A stretch of DNA of 64,000 nucleotides from Bordetella parapertussis. Lineage in GTDB: Bacteria > Pseudomonadota > Gammaproteobacteria > Burkholderiales > SG8-41. Below are positions 10,718-23,092 of the stretch, one piece after another. Positions within the stretch are counted from its first letter, which is position 1. Each line of letters opens with the position of its first letter. A program made the translations under genes and the position numbers. Below the pieces are notes generated by a model, which was not told where the DNA came from, did no database searches, and worked only from the letters and a program-made list of their open reading frames with translations. The stretch lies in NCBI GenBank assembly GCA_945906815.1, contig CAMDRT010000023.1, positions 3,740 through 67,739 of the forward strand, written 5' to 3'.

Positions 10718-11410
10718 ATGGCCGCGCTACGCCGCGGGCTGCTGGTGGCTGCATGTGCCACCCTCGTTGCATGCACGCCAGCGGGGCAATTGCTGTACGC
10801 AGTGTTACCCGACGGCACCATTCCCATACTGTTGAGTCATCTGCAGCGTGAAAGCGACACCCAGCAAAAGCGCGTAGCAGAACTGGAGCGCAAGGCCGAT
10901 TGGCCGGGTCTGGTGAAACTTGCCGAGGAAAATATCGCCAAGGAGCCCGCCAACGCAAGCTGGTGGCTGGTAGCGGGTTACAGCAATTCGCGGCAAAAAA
11001 ACCATCAGCGCGCGATGGACTGCTTTCGAGAAATGGTGCGGCTGGAACCCGATGCTGCAGAAGGCTGGAATCTGCTGGGACAGGAACACCGCATGGCGGG
11101 TGATTCGCGGCGCGCGGTGGCGGTGCTGACACAAGCGCTTAGCGCGCTGCGTGATTCCGCGCTGACACTGATGCTGCTGGGCGAGAGTTACAGCGACCTC
11201 GGGCAATTTGATCTGGCGGTGCGCCCCTACCGGCAGGCACTGGATATAGACGCGGGCCTGACCTTAGCGTGGGTGGGCCTCGCGCGCGCGCACCTCAAAC
11301 GCGGGCAGTGGGCGGAGGCCGAGAGTATCGTGCGCTCGCTGGAGAAAACCCATCCGCAACTGGCGCCGGTACTAAGAAGCGAGCTCGCGGCGCAGATGAA
11401 AGTGCCGTAG
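10718..11410 (+). CDS. TPR-repeat lipoprotein
   Basis: The start is taken at the ATG at 10718, giving signal plus lipobox MAALRRGLLVAACATLVAC. Several TPR-like repeats follow (WWLVAGYSNSRQKNHQRAMDCFREMVRLEPD...). Confidence 0.65.
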   Translation: MAALRRGLLVAACATLVACTPAGQLLYAVLPDGTIPILLSHLQRESDTQQKRVAELERKADWPGLVKLAEENIAKEPANASWWLVAGYSNSRQKNHQRAMDCFREMVRLEPDAAEGWNLLGQEHRMAGDSRRAVAVLTQALSALRDSALTLMLLGESYSDLGQFDLAVRPYRQALDIDAGLTLAWVGLARAHLKRGQWAEAESIVRSLEKTHPQLAPVLRSELAAQMKVP

Positions 11411-11421
11411 TAGCCTGACGC

Positions 11422-12231
11422 TCAAAGCGCTTTCAACGCTGGCGTAAGATGCGGCGCCAAATGCTGCAGCAGTTCGCTTAAAAGTTTCAGATTGCCCGCC
11501 ACCACGTTGCCGGATTTCATGTAATGGTCCTTGCCCTGGAGATCGGTGACGTTGCCACCGGCTTCGGTGATGAGTAGCGAACCGGCGGCAATATCCCAGG
11601 GGGCCAGGCCTATTTCCCAAACCGCATCGAGGCGGGAGGCTGCGACGTAGGCGAGGTCGAGCGCGGCCGAACCCGCGCGGCGCACGCCACTGCTGGTTTC
11701 CATGATATTGCGCAGCATGCCCAGATAGGCATCCAGGTGATGGTGTTCCTTGAACGGAAAGCTGGTGCCGATCAGCGCGCCTTTGAGGTTCAGGCGCTTG
11801 CCGACACGCAGCCGTGTGTCATTGAGATAAGCGCCGGCGCCGCGCGTGGCAGTGAATAAATCGTTGTTGCAGGGATCGTAAATCACCGCCTGCGTGATCA
11901 CGCTCTTGTGTGACAATGCGATCGACACTGCGTATTGCGGGAAGCCGTGCACAAAATTGGTGGTGCCGTCGAGCGGGTCGATAATCCACTGATAATCGGA
12001 CTTCGCCGCAGTATTAGTGGCGCCGGACTCCTCTGCTAGAATCGAATGCTTGGGATACGCTTCGAGCAACGTGCGGATTATGGTTTGCTCGGCTTCTTTA
12101 TCCACTTCGGACACATAATCATTGGCGGCTTTTTCGCGTACGGCGAGCGCATCCAGGTTGCGCGAGGCGCGATTGATCACGGCACCGGCGCGGCGCGCGG
12201 CCTTGACCGCAGTGTTGAGCATGGGGTGCAT
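11422..12231 (-). CDS. suhB: Inositol monophosphatase family protein SuhB
   Basis: [16 protein letters not shown] start, and the motifs [16 protein letters not shown] and WDIAAG. The 46-aa upstream extension in the track ORF runs through a repeat element and is rejected. Confidence 0.9.
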   Translation of the reverse strand: MHPMLNTAVKAARRAGAVINRASRNLDALAVREKAANDYVSEVDKEAEQTIIRTLLEAYPKHSILAEESGATNTAAKSDYQWIIDPLDGTTNFVHGFPQYAVSIALSHKSVITQAVIYDPCNNDLFTATRGAGAYLNDTRLRVGKRLNLKGALIGTSFPFKEHHHLDAYLGMLRNIMETSSGVRRAGSAALDLAYVAASRLDAVWEIGLAPWDIAAGSLLITEAGGNVTDLQGKDHYMKSGNVVAGNLKLLSELLQHLAPHLTPALKAL

Positions 12232-12318
12232 GGTTAAGGACGTGAAGAGTGAAGGGTGAGGGGGGAATCGTGGAACGTGAGCGACTGCGCGCTGGATTGT
12301 ACGTGATATGACTCGATT

Positions 12319-13065
12319 ATGACTCAGGCGCTCAAAAACATCCGTGTCGTGCTGTGTGACACACAGCATCCGGGCAATATCGGTGCGGCGGCGCGTGCCC
12401 TCAAGACGATGGGGCTGACGCAGTTATACCTGGTGAACCCGCTGCGTTTTCCCGACAAAGAGGCTACCTGGTTTGCCACCAACGCCGCGGACGTGCTGGC
12501 GCAGGTGACTGTGTGCGCTGATCTGGATAGCGCGTTGGCGGGCGTGGCCCTGGCAGTGGCATGCACGGCACGCAGCCGCGATATTGCTGTGCCTGCCCTG
12601 GTGGCGCGCGAGGCGACGGCGCGGCTGGTCGAGGTGGCGCGGCTGCAGCCGGTGGCCTTGGTATTCGGCAGCGAGGTGCGTGGCCTGACCACGGATCAGG
12701 TCAAGCGTTGCCAGGTGATCGCGACGATACCGGCCGACGCCAGCCACACCTCGCTAAACCTTGCGGCCGCGGTGCAGGTATTGGCCTACGAATGCCGTAT
12801 GTACGCGCTGGGGGACGCGTTAACGGCGGTAGCGAATAAGCCGCGCAATCTGGCCACGCACGAAGATATCGAACGCTTCTACGCGCATCTGGAACAGGAG
12901 TTGTTCGCCAGCGGATTTCTCAATCCCGTGTTACCGAAAAGGCTTATGCAACGCGTGCGGCGGCTGTTTGCGCGCACGCAACTGGATCGTGTAGAGGTCA
13001 GAATTCTGCGCGGCATAGTGCGCACGCTGCGCCAGCCAAAGCGGCGCGGCGAGCGGCAATCCTAG
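12319..13065 (+). CDS. trmJ: tRNA (cytidine/uridine-2'-O)-methyltransferase TrmJ (SpoU/TrmH family)
   Basis: [26 protein letters not shown]-terminus and a [15 protein letters not shown]-terminal knot motif. Confidence 0.85.
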   Translation: MTQALKNIRVVLCDTQHPGNIGAAARALKTMGLTQLYLVNPLRFPDKEATWFATNAADVLAQVTVCADLDSALAGVALAVACTARSRDIAVPALVAREATARLVEVARLQPVALVFGSEVRGLTTDQVKRCQVIATIPADASHTSLNLAAAVQVLAYECRMYALGDALTAVANKPRNLATHEDIERFYAHLEQELFASGFLNPVLPKRLMQRVRRLFARTQLDRVEVRILRGIVRTLRQPKRRGERQS

Positions 13066-13165
13066 TGCAGTATTTGCTGTCACATGCGCATTGCAAAATT
13101 TGTCTCAATAACCGATAAATTTAGTACACTATTCATCAATCCTTCCGTTTGTCTCTGTCAACCCT

Positions 13166-13828
13166 ATGTTTTCACGCATTAAAGAAGAGATCGCTGTGGT
13201 ATTCGAGCGCGACCCCGCCGCGCGTAATACCTGGGAGGTGATTACCTGCTATCCGGGCTTTCATGCGCTGCTGCTGCATCGCGCGGCGCATGCCCTGTGG
13301 GGGGCGGGTTTTAAATGGCTGGGCCGTTACATCTCGCACTGCGGACGCTGGCTGACGGGTATCGAGATTCATCCTGGTGCGACCATCGGACGGCGATTTT
13401 TTATCGACCACGGCATGGGCGTGGTAATCGGCCAGACTGCGGAGATCGGTGACGATTGCACGCTGTATCACGGCGTTACGCTGGGTGGCACCTCGTGGAA
13501 CAAAGGCAAGCGCCATCCCACGCTGGGCAAAGGGGTGGTGATAGGCGCGGGGGCAAAGGTGCTGGGGCCGATTACCATAGGCGATCACGCCAAAATCGGC
13601 TCCAACGCGGTGGTGGTGAAAGATGTGCCGGCGGGCGCAACCGCCATTGGCATACCCGCGCGGGTGGTGGAGTCGCAGGCGCCTAACGGACGTTTTGCCG
13701 CGTATGCGGTGGGGCGTGACGAGAACGATCCGCTGGCGCGCGCCATGAACGAAATCATCAGCCACAGCAGCGAGACCGACCGGCGCATCGATGAGCTTCA
13801 GGCGCAACTCAAGCGCTTGGGTGGATAA
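13166..13828 (+). CDS. cysE: Serine O-acetyltransferase
   Basis: [22 protein letters not shown]..., [25 protein letters not shown], and hexapeptide repeats. Confidence 0.9.
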   Translation: MFSRIKEEIAVVFERDPAARNTWEVITCYPGFHALLLHRAAHALWGAGFKWLGRYISHCGRWLTGIEIHPGATIGRRFFIDHGMGVVIGQTAEIGDDCTLYHGVTLGGTSWNKGKRHPTLGKGVVIGAGAKVLGPITIGDHAKIGSNAVVVKDVPAGATAIGIPARVVESQAPNGRFAAYAVGRDENDPLARAMNEIISHSSETDRRIDELQAQLKRLGG

Positions 13829-13869
13829 TCCAGCGCACGTTCAGATGCCGCTACGGGTGCGCGCCACGC

Positions 13870-13922
13870 ATAGTTGACTGATTTTGTCGGGAAAGGTATA
13901 GTTGACAGAATTAGTCGGCAAT
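13870..13922 (+). promoter_or_regulatory. Two tandem IscR type-1-like operator boxes
   Basis: atagttgactgattttgtcgggaaa (13870-13894) and atagttgacagaattagtcggcaat (13898-13922) both fit the ATAsyyGACTrwwwyAGTCrrsTAT pattern. They lie about 110-160 nt upstream of the iscR ATG. Confidence 0.6.
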
Positions 13923-14029
13923 TAGCGCAGCTGAAAGTGTGGCAACATAAATCCACCATAATTCACGCTAATCCGGCAGATAAGTTTTATTAAATATATG
14001 TTTTTAAACACTATTTTATAGGATATGCC

Positions 14030-14506
14030 ATGCGCCTCACAACCAAAGGGCGGTTTGCCGTAACGGCGATGGTGGATCTGGGAATGCGCCACGGCGGCGG
14101 TCCGGTGACGCTGGCGGAAATCAGTGCGCGGCAGAAGATTTCGCTATCGTATCTGGAGCAACTGTTCGGCAAACTGCGCCGGCGGCTGATCGTCGACAGC
14201 GTGCGTGGCCCTGGCGGCGGTTATTTGTTGGGCAAGGACATGCGCGAGCTGTCAGTCGCCGACATCATACTCGCGGTGGATGAGCCGATTGATGCCACGC
14301 AGTGCGGCGGCAAAGAGAACTGCCACGACGACAACAAATGCATCACCCACGATTTGTGGGCGGCGCTCAATCAGCGGATTTTTGAATACCTCGGATCGGT
14401 GACGTTGCAACAACTGGTGGACAGTCAGCGCGCGAAAGCGTCTGGTGTCTCGCCCATGCTGGATATGCGGCCGAGTGTAACCAAGCGTGCGGTAGTGGCC
14501 GCGTAA
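14030..14506 (+). CDS. iscR: Rrf2-family Fe-S cluster regulator IscR
   Basis: MRLTTKGRFAVTAMVDLG..., SLSYLEQLF helix-turn-helix, and Cys ligands (QCGGKENCHDDNKCITH). Confidence 0.9.
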   Translation: MRLTTKGRFAVTAMVDLGMRHGGGPVTLAEISARQKISLSYLEQLFGKLRRRLIVDSVRGPGGGYLLGKDMRELSVADIILAVDEPIDATQCGGKENCHDDNKCITHDLWAALNQRIFEYLGSVTLQQLVDSQRAKASGVSPMLDMRPSVTKRAVVAA

Positions 14507-14561
14507 CGCACTGTACGCCTGACTCCGAACGCCCAACGCCCAACGCCCAACGCCGGCAATC

Positions 14562-15707
14562 ATGTCTTTCACCTACTTTGACCACAACGCAACCACGCCG
14601 CTGGATGCGGGCGTGCTGGAAGCCATGTTGCCGTTTCTGCGCGAGCAGTATGGCAACGCGTCGAGTCGCCATGATTTGGGCATCAGTGCGCGCCGCGCCA
14701 TCGATCAGGCGCGCGAGCAAGTGGCGGCGCTGGTAAACGTGCGGCCACCGCAGGTGGTGTTCACCTCGGGCGGCACCGAAGCGAACAATCTCTTTATCAA
14801 GGGCGCGGCAGAGGTTCTGAAACCGTCGCAACTTGCCATCAGCGCAATTGAGCATCCCTGTGTCGCCAAGCCTGCGGCAGCGCTCGCGAGACGCGGCTGG
14901 GCTGTGCGCAAGCTCGCCGTTACCCGTGCAGGCAAAGTGGATTTGAACGATGTGGATGTGGCGTTGCAAACACCCACCGGCATGGTCTCGGTGATGCTGG
15001 CCAGCAACGAAACCGGCGTGATTCAGGATGTAGCCGCGATAGCAGCACGCGCGCGCGCCACCAAAGCATGGATGCACACCGATGCGGTGCAGGCGTTGGG
15101 CAAAATCGCCGTCGATTTCGAGGCGCTCGGTGTGCATGCGATGACGCTTTCGGCGCACAAGATTTACGGCCCCAAAGGCGCCGGTGCCTTGATCGTCGAT
15201 AAGCGCATAGAGCTGGCGCCGTTACTCGCTGGCGGCGGACATGAGCATGGCCTGCGTTCAGGCACGGAAAATGTACCGGCTATCGTCGGCTTTGGCGCCG
15301 CCGCCGAACTGGCTGCTAGCCGCATGACGGCACTCGCGGCCAAACTGGAAAAACTGCGTGCCAGAGTCGAGCAGGGCTTAACGCAAATGGGCGCGGTGTT
15401 ATTCGGTGCCGCCTCCGCGCGCCTGCCCAACACCAGTTATTTTGCACTCCAAGGCATCGATGGTGAAACGTTGATTATCGAACTCGATAAACTGGGTTTC
15501 GGTGTGGCGGCGGGTGCCGCGTGTTCCAGCGCGAATCCTGAGCCTTCCGCGTCCTTGTTGGCGATGGGCATCGCACCGGAAAGCGCCCGTGGCGCCGTGC
15601 GTTTTTCGTTGGGCGCAGCGAACACCACGCACCACGTCGATGCGTTCCTGGCGGCGTTGCAAGGCACTGCCGAGCGGCTGCGCGGCATGACCGCGGTCGC
15701 GGTGTGA
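14562..15707 (+). CDS. Cysteine desulfurase (NifS/IscS-like class V aminotransferase)
   Basis: FDHNATTP start, SAHKIYGPKGAGAL (PLP lysine) and the active-site loop GAACSSANPEPS. Confidence 0.85.
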   Translation: MSFTYFDHNATTPLDAGVLEAMLPFLREQYGNASSRHDLGISARRAIDQAREQVAALVNVRPPQVVFTSGGTEANNLFIKGAAEVLKPSQLAISAIEHPCVAKPAAALARRGWAVRKLAVTRAGKVDLNDVDVALQTPTGMVSVMLASNETGVIQDVAAIAARARATKAWMHTDAVQALGKIAVDFEALGVHAMTLSAHKIYGPKGAGALIVDKRIELAPLLAGGGHEHGLRSGTENVPAIVGFGAAAELAASRMTALAAKLEKLRARVEQGLTQMGAVLFGAASARLPNTSYFALQGIDGETLIIELDKLGFGVAAGAACSSANPEPSASLLAMGIAPESARGAVRFSLGAANTTHHVDAFLAALQGTAERLRGMTAVAV

Positions 15708-15741
15708 AGTGGATGAATAGTGAACAGTTAATGGTGATTTT

Positions 15742-16077
15742 ATGACGATACAACTGACTGAAAACGCCGCCAGGCAAATTCAATCGCAGCTTGCCCGGCG
15801 CGGCAAAGGTGTGGGCTTGCGCGTGGGCATCAAAAAGGTCGGCTGTTCCGGCTGGGCCTATACCTATGATTACGCCGACGAAGTGAAACCGGGCGATCAG
15901 GTGTTTGAAGCGTTTGACTCCAAACTGGTGGTGGACGACAAGAGCATCGAGTTTATCGACGGTTCAAAACTGGATTTCGTTAAAGCCGGCTTGAAGCAGA
16001 CGTTCAAATTTGAAAATCCGAATGTCGACTCAATGTGCGGCTGTGGCGAGAGTTTCAGCGTCAAGGAGCGGACGTGA
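15742..16077 (+). CDS. sufA: A-type Fe-S carrier (SufA/IscA/ErpA, HesB family)
   Basis: 111 aa. [13 protein letters not shown] and the C-terminal CGCGESF motif. Confidence 0.85.
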   Translation: MTIQLTENAARQIQSQLARRGKGVGLRVGIKKVGCSGWAYTYDYADEVKPGDQVFEAFDSKLVVDDKSIEFIDGSKLDFVKAGLKQTFKFENPNVDSMCGCGESFSVKERT

Positions 16078-16152
16078 GGGGTACGGCGTCAGGCGTGAGG
16101 TGCAAGACGCCGCTGTATGGCACGCCTTACCTTTCACGCCTCACGCCTCACG
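16074..16152. repeat. Intergenic inverted heptamer array (GTGAGGN vs CCTCACG)
   Basis: It starts within the sufA stop. The left arm is gtgaggggtacggcgtcaggcgtgaggtgcaag. The right arm is gccttacctttcacgcctcacgcctcac. It ends 11 nt before the sufB ATG. Confidence 0.7.
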
Positions 16153-16162
16153 GGGTCACAAC

Positions 16163-17595
<1,433 letters not shown>

Positions 17596-17599
<4 letters not shown>

Positions 17600-18375
17600 T
17601 TAACGCTAACGCAAAAACCCTGCTCGACATACGCGGCCTCACCGCGACGGTCGCGGGCGTGACTATACTTAAGGGCATCGACCTCACGGTGCGCGCGGGC
17701 GAAGTGCATGCCATCATGGGGCCGAACGGCTCGGGCAAAAGCACGCTCGCCAAAGTGCTGGCCGGCCATCCGGCGTATGCAGTGACCGGAGGCGCCGTGT
17801 TATTCGAGGGCAATGACTTGTTTGCGCTGACGGCCGAAGCGCGTGCGCGTGCGGGACTGTTCCTCGGTTTTCAGTATCCGGTTGAAATTCCGGGTGTATC
17901 GAACACGTCGTTTCTGCGCCTGGCCTACAACACGGTGCAGGGCGGTCGCGGCAAGGATGAACTCGATCCGCTGGAGTTCGACGATTTCGTGCGCGAAAAA
18001 ATGAAGCTGCTGGAAATGAGTCCGGAGTTTCTCGACCGCAGCGTGAATGACGGGTTTTCCGGCGGCGAGAAAAAGCGCAACGAAATTCTGCAGATGGCGA
18101 TACTCGACCCGCGCCTTGCCATTCTCGACGAAACTGATTCCGGCCTCGATATCGACGCGCTGCGCATTGTGGCCAGTGGCGTGAACACCTTGCTGAGCGC
18201 CGACAACGCGTGCGTACTGGTGACCCATTATCAGCGCTTGCTCAACTACATCACGCCGGACTATGTACATGTGATGGAGGGCGGGCGCGTGATCAAGACC
18301 GGCGGCAAGGAACTCGCTCTGGAGCTGGAGTCGCGCGGCTATGATTGGCTGCTCGATGCGCGGGCCGCGGCATGA
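17596..18375 (+). CDS. sufC: Fe-S cluster assembly ATPase SufC
   Basis: Walker [13 protein letters not shown] signature [10 protein letters not shown] and Walker [13 protein letters not shown]. There is a 4-nt overlap with sufB. Confidence 0.95.
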
Positions 18376-19700
18376 GTAGACGCACCGGCGCAGGCGCAGA
18401 CATTACGGTGGCAACGCATCCGTTTGTGGAGGCATTGGTCGCCGGTGGCCGCGCCTTGCCGCAAAGCCCTGCATCCTGGCTGAACCTGCGCCGCGCGACG
18501 GCGCTGGAGCGCGCCAACGCGCTGAGCGTGCCCACCACGCGCGACGAAGAATGGCGGTTCACGGATTTGGCGCCGCTGAACAAGTTACGCGTCGAAGCAC
18601 TAGATAAAGCGGCTCCGCTGGTCGATATGGCGCCGTATGCGGTGCCGGAGGCTGCGCTGCGCCTGACCTTTGTAGACGGCGTGTATTCGCAGCCCTTGTC
18701 CAGCCGTGGCGCGTTGTTCGCGGGTGTCACGGTGAGCACGCTGGCGGAAGGTTTGGCGGCGCATCCTGCGCTGATGGGGCCACATCTGGCGGCGCACGCG
18801 CTATTCGAGCGGCAGCTATTCACCGCGCTCAACACCGCGTGGTTGCGCGATGGCGCGTTTGTGCATATTGCACAAAACTGCACCGTGCGCGAGCCACTGC
18901 ACCTGTTGTTTGTCGCCACGCGCAAGGATGCCGCGACCAGCCCGCGTTGCCTGATCGTGGCGGAAGCGGGCGCCGAATGCACGGTTATAGAAGATTACGT
19001 GGCGGCCACGACCGATGCCTATTTCACCAATGCGGTGACGGAAATCGCGATCCAGCCGCAGGCGCGTGTACGCCACGTGCGGCTGCAGCGCGAAAGTGCG
19101 CAAGCGATACATATTGCATCGTGCGCGGTGTCGCTGGCGCGGGACGCATCCTACGTCTCGCAGTCGATCGCGTTTGGCGCGCGCTTGTCGCGCTACAACC
19201 TCGATGTGCTGCACCACGGCGAAGGTGCGGACGCGACGATTGACGGCCTGGCGCTGATCAGCGGCCAGCAGCTTGCCGACACCCATACCACCATGGATCA
19301 CGCGCAGGCGCATGGCCGCTGCACGCAGTTGCACAAAACCATAGTGGGCGACGCGGCGCACGCGGTGTTCAACGGCAAGGTGCTGGTGCGCAAGCACGCG
19401 CAGCTTACCAATTCTGCGCAGCAAAGCCGCAATCTGCTGCTGTCGCCCAACGCGCGCGTCGATACCAAGCCGCAATTGGAAATTTTTGCGGACGATGTGA
19501 AATGCGCGCATGGTGCCACCGTCGGTCAACTCGATGCCGAGCAATTGTTTTATCTCAGCAGCCGCGGCCTGCCGGAGATCCAGGCGCGCAATCTGCTGAC
19601 CTACGCTTTTGGCGCGGAAATTGTGGATCGCATCCCGGTGAAATCGCTGGTGGCGCAGCTTGAGCGCTTGGTCATGGCCAATACGCAGGCGGTGGCTTGA
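18372..19700 (+). CDS. sufD: Fe-S cluster assembly protein SufD
   Basis: The ATG at 18372 overlaps the sufC stop (ATGA). The C-terminal SufBD-domain region is [22 protein letters not shown]. Confidence 0.9.
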   Translation: MSRRTGAGADITVATHPFVEALVAGGRALPQSPASWLNLRRATALERANALSVPTTRDEEWRFTDLAPLNKLRVEALDKAAPLVDMAPYAVPEAALRLTFVDGVYSQPLSSRGALFAGVTVSTLAEGLAAHPALMGPHLAAHALFERQLFTALNTAWLRDGAFVHIAQNCTVREPLHLLFVATRKDAATSPRCLIVAEAGAECTVIEDYVAATTDAYFTNAVTEIAIQPQARVRHVRLQRESAQAIHIASCAVSLARDASYVSQSIAFGARLSRYNLDVLHHGEGADATIDGLALISGQQLADTHTTMDHAQAHGRCTQLHKTIVGDAAHAVFNGKVLVRKHAQLTNSAQQSRNLLLSPNARVDTKPQLEIFADDVKCAHGATVGQLDAEQLFYLSSRGLPEIQARNLLTYAFGAEIVDRIPVKSLVAQLERLVMANTQAVA

Positions 19701-19701
19701 G

Positions 19702-20955
19702 ATGAATGCGCCATTGGACACGCGCAAATCCGTGACCGCGCTGGATGTGGAACGCATACGCGCAGATTTCCCGATTCTTGCGCTCAAGGTCAACGAGCGA
19801 CCGCTGGTTTTTCTGGACAATGCGGCATCCAGTCAAATGCCCCAGGCAGTGATGGCGCGCTGGGCGCTTTATCAATCAAGCCAGCACGCGAATATTCATC
19901 GCGCAGTGCATTATCTTTCCGAGACCGCGACGGCCGAGTACGAGGCGGCGCGCCGCAAGCTGCAGGCGTTCATCAACGCGCGGGAAGAGCGGGAAGTGAT
20001 TTTCACCAGCGGCACGACCGAGAGCATCAATCTGGTGGCGCATGGCTGGGGCCGCAAATTTCTGCGTGCGGGCGATGAGATCATCCTCACCACGCTGGAG
20101 CACCATTCGAATATAGTGCCGTGGCAGATGGTGGCTGAAGCCACCGGCGCGACCCTCCGCGTGGTGCCGATTTTCGATAGCGGCGAACTCGATGTGGATG
20201 CATACCGGAAATTGTTCAACAGCCGCACCCGCTTGGCGTGCTTCACGCAGGTGTCGAATGCACTAGGCACTATCAACCCGGTGCGCGAGATGATCCGTAT
20301 TGCACGCGAACAGAGCGTGCTTACCCTGGTGGATGGCGCGCAAGCTGCGCCGCACCTGACGGTGGATGTGCAGGCGCTGGACTGCGATTTTTATGCGTTC
20401 TCCGGCCATAAGCTGTGTGGGCCCACCGGCATCGGTGTGCTCTACGGCAAGGCCGCGCTGCTGGAAGCGATGCAGCCGTTCAAGGGTGGCGGCGACATGA
20501 TACGGACAGTGACCTTTGAGAAAACCACGTATGCGCCGATACCCGCGAAATTTGAGGCAGGCACACCGCCGATTGCGGCCGCGATTACGCTCGGCGCCGC
20601 GGTCGATTATCTGACCGAAATCGGTATCGATCGCATCGCGGCACATGAAACGGATTTGCTGGATTACGCCACCTCGCAGGTCACGCGCCTGCCCGGTCTG
20701 CGCATCATCGGCACAGCGGAGAAGAAGGCTGCGGTGTTGTCGTTCACGGTCGAGGGCGTGCATCCGCACGACGTGGGTACACTGCTGAATGAAGACGGCG
20801 TGGCGATACGCACCGGACACCATTGTGCGCAACCGGTGATGCAGCGCTTCAAGGTGGCGGCAACTTGCCGCGCATCGTTCGCGTTTTACAACACGCTGGC
20901 GGAGGTCGATGCGCTGGTGGCTTCGATCCAGCGGGTGCAGAAGGTGTTTGGGTGA
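19702..20955 (+). CDS. sufS: Cysteine desulfurase SufS (group II)
   Basis: The start is at the ATG at 19702, 2 nt after the sufD stop. FPIL...VFLDNAASSQ, FSGHKLCGPTGIGVLYG and RTGHHCAQP are SufS/CsdA signatures. Confidence 0.93.
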   Translation: MNAPLDTRKSVTALDVERIRADFPILALKVNERPLVFLDNAASSQMPQAVMARWALYQSSQHANIHRAVHYLSETATAEYEAARRKLQAFINAREEREVIFTSGTTESINLVAHGWGRKFLRAGDEIILTTLEHHSNIVPWQMVAEATGATLRVVPIFDSGELDVDAYRKLFNSRTRLACFTQVSNALGTINPVREMIRIAREQSVLTLVDGAQAAPHLTVDVQALDCDFYAFSGHKLCGPTGIGVLYGKAALLEAMQPFKGGGDMIRTVTFEKTTYAPIPAKFEAGTPPIAAAITLGAAVDYLTEIGIDRIAAHETDLLDYATSQVTRLPGLRIIGTAEKKAAVLSFTVEGVHPHDVGTLLNEDGVAIRTGHHCAQPVMQRFKVAATCRASFAFYNTLAEVDALVASIQRVQKVFG

Positions 20956-21053
20956 ACAACGTGAGGTGTGAGACGTGAGGCGTTAGGCGCGAGAGGACCG
21001 TGGATGTGCCAATGGCTCACCCACGCCTCACGCCTCACGCTTCACGCCTCACG
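20952..21053. repeat. Intergenic inverted heptamer array (GTGAGGN vs CGCCTCA)
   Basis: The left arm is gtgaacaacgtgaggtgtgagacgtgaggcgttaggcg. The right arm is ctcacccacgcctcacgcctcacgcttcacgcctcacg. It fills the sufS-sufU spacer. Confidence 0.75.
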
Positions 21054-21058
21054 AAAAT

Positions 21059-21547
21059 ATGGCCGACAGCAGAAATCTTTATCAGGAAGTGATCCTTGAT
21101 CACAACCGCAAGCCGCGTAACTGGGGTGCGCTGGTGGATGCCACGCACACATCGGAGGGGGTGAATCCGTTGTGCGGTGATCATATTCATCTGGCGTTGC
21201 GCATGGCGGGTGAGGCGGTTGAGGCGATCAGTTTTGAAGGCGAATCGTGTGCGATCTGCAAGGCTTCGGCATCGATGATGACGACGCTGGTCAAAGGTAA
21301 ATCGCAACAGGATGCCGAGCAAATGGTGCAGGAGTTTCGCGACATGGCGACCGGCCATCTCGATACCAGCACGCAGCCGCATCATCTGGGGCGGTTGACG
21401 GTGTTCGCCGGGGTGCGTGATCTACCGACGCGCGTGAAGTGCGCGATTTTGCCGTGGCATACGCTGCATGCAGCGCTCAATTCGCAGGCGACTGCCTCGA
21501 CCGAGGCCGACGCCGATCCGCTGCATGCGCCGGTGATCGGCACGTAG
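21059..21547 (+). CDS. sufU: SUF-system NifU-family scaffold (SufU/IscU-like)
   Basis: LYQEVILDHNRKPRN, NPLCGD, GESCAICKASASMM and RVKCAILPW are the three conserved Cys contexts of SufU. Confidence 0.85.
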   Translation: MADSRNLYQEVILDHNRKPRNWGALVDATHTSEGVNPLCGDHIHLALRMAGEAVEAISFEGESCAICKASASMMTTLVKGKSQQDAEQMVQEFRDMATGHLDTSTQPHHLGRLTVFAGVRDLPTRVKCAILPWHTLHAALNSQATASTEADADPLHAPVIGT

Positions 21548-21576
21548 CATAAACAACGTATAAAAATACTGACCTC

Positions 21577-22143
21577 ATGCCTAAAATAGCCGAAATCGAA
21601 TCGACACCGAATCCGAACGCGATGAAGTTCATCCTCAAGGAGCCGCTGACCTGGGGCATCACGCGCTCGTATGACAGCGCCGACCAAGCGCAAGGCGACA
21701 AACTCGCCGCGATGCTGTTCAGCATCCAGCATGTGACCAATGTGTTTTATGTGGATCACTGGATCACGGTCACGCAAAACGGTCAGGCCGACTGGAACGA
21801 ACTCAAACGCGAACTGGCAGTGCCGATACGCGATGCGCCGGCAGCCGATGAGCAATCGGCGCAGATGAAGCAGGACACCGTAGCGAACTTCGATCCGTCG
21901 AAAATGAGCGCGGAAGATCTTGCGCGCCTCGACCGGATCAACGACATCCTCGATGAACAGATACGCCCGTATTTGCAGAACGACGGCGGCGACGTGCACG
22001 TGATGGGCCTCGAAGGCAATACACTCAGCGTGCATTACCAGGGTGCGTGCGGCAGTTGTCCGAGTTCATTGTCGGGCACGCTCACCGGCATCGAAAATCT
22101 GGTGCGGCAGATCGAACCGGATATTGAGGTGGTGGCGGTTTGA
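21577..22143 (+). CDS. nfuA: Nfu/NifU-type Fe-S carrier (Nfu_N plus NifU C-terminal domain)
   Basis: N-terminus IESTPNPNAMKFIL. C-terminal domain DGGDVHVMGLEGNTLSVHYQGACGSCPSS with the CxxC motif. Confidence 0.8.
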   Translation: MPKIAEIESTPNPNAMKFILKEPLTWGITRSYDSADQAQGDKLAAMLFSIQHVTNVFYVDHWITVTQNGQADWNELKRELAVPIRDAPAADEQSAQMKQDTVANFDPSKMSAEDLARLDRINDILDEQIRPYLQNDGGDVHVMGLEGNTLSVHYQGACGSCPSSLSGTLTGIENLVRQIEPDIEVVAV

Positions 22144-22166
22144 GGGCCGTGAAGGGGTGAAGGCGT

Positions 22167-22184
22167 AAATGGGGTACCCCATTT
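22167..22184 (+). terminator. Perfect 18-bp palindrome after nfu (possible terminator hairpin)
   Basis: aaatggggtaccccattt, 24 nt after the stop and preceded by two GTGAAGG-type heptamers. The T-run is only 3 nt. Confidence 0.4.
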
Positions 22185-22218
22185 GAGCGTGCAGCGATAA
22201 ACTGAAGGAGCAACCCCC

Positions 22219-23034
22219 ATGCCTATGCGAATTTTGCTGGCGTTGCTGATCACCTTGACGCTCGGCGGCTGCGCAACGGTGCATACCACCGACAGCGGTG
22301 TCGTCGGCGTGCAACGCACACAGCGCATGTCGTATTCGGCTGCCGAGGTGAACAACGCTGCGGTGCAAGCCTATGGCCAAACCCTGCAGAAGGCGCAGTC
22401 CAAAGGCATCCTCAACCGTAATTCCGCGCAGTTAAATCGCGTGCGCACCATTGCCAACCGCCTGATTCCGGCGACCGCGGCGTTCCGCAAGGATGGGCCG
22501 GGCTGGCAGTGGGAAGTCAATGTGATTTCCTCGGATGAGGTCAACGCCTGGTGCATGCCCGGTGGAAAAATGGCGGTTTACACCGGCTTGATCGAAAAAC
22601 TGCAAGTCACCGATGACGAACTCGCGGCGGTGATGGGCCATGAAATCGCCCATGCGTTGCGCGAACACGGGCGCGAAAAAGCCTCGCAGCAACAGGCGCA
22701 GGCGGCCGCGGTTAACATCGGCGCGGCGTTGCTGGGGCTGGGCAATGTCGCCACCAATCTCGCCGGGGTGGTGGCCAACGTGACCTGGGGGCTGCCCAAC
22801 TCGCGCGAGTTCGAGCACGAGGCCGACAATGTGGGCGTCGAACTGGCGGCGCGTGCCGGTTACGATCCGCGCGCGGCGATCACGCTGTGGCAAAAGATGG
22901 AGCGTGCGGCGGGCGGCGGCGGGCCGGGCTTTCTCTCCACGCATCCGTCGGCGGCCAATCGTATCAGCGAGTTGCAGAAAGCAGCGGCGCGGGTGATGCC
23001 CTTGTATCAGCAGACCAGTGGTCAAATGAAATAG
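22219..23034 (+). CDS. M48-family zinc metallopeptidase lipoprotein
   Basis: Lipobox LTLGGC, the HEIAHALREH zinc motif and a downstream EHEAD. Confidence 0.8.
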   Translation: MPMRILLALLITLTLGGCATVHTTDSGVVGVQRTQRMSYSAAEVNNAAVQAYGQTLQKAQSKGILNRNSAQLNRVRTIANRLIPATAAFRKDGPGWQWEVNVISSDEVNAWCMPGGKMAVYTGLIEKLQVTDDELAAVMGHEIAHALREHGREKASQQQAQAAAVNIGAALLGLGNVATNLAGVVANVTWGLPNSREFEHEADNVGVELAARAGYDPRAAITLWQKMERAAGGGGPGFLSTHPSAANRISELQKAAARVMPLYQQTSGQMK

Positions 23035-23092
23035 TAAGTATCTGTTTTTAAATGGTTTTGTAAAGCATAAAATTTCACGAAAGCCCTCCGCC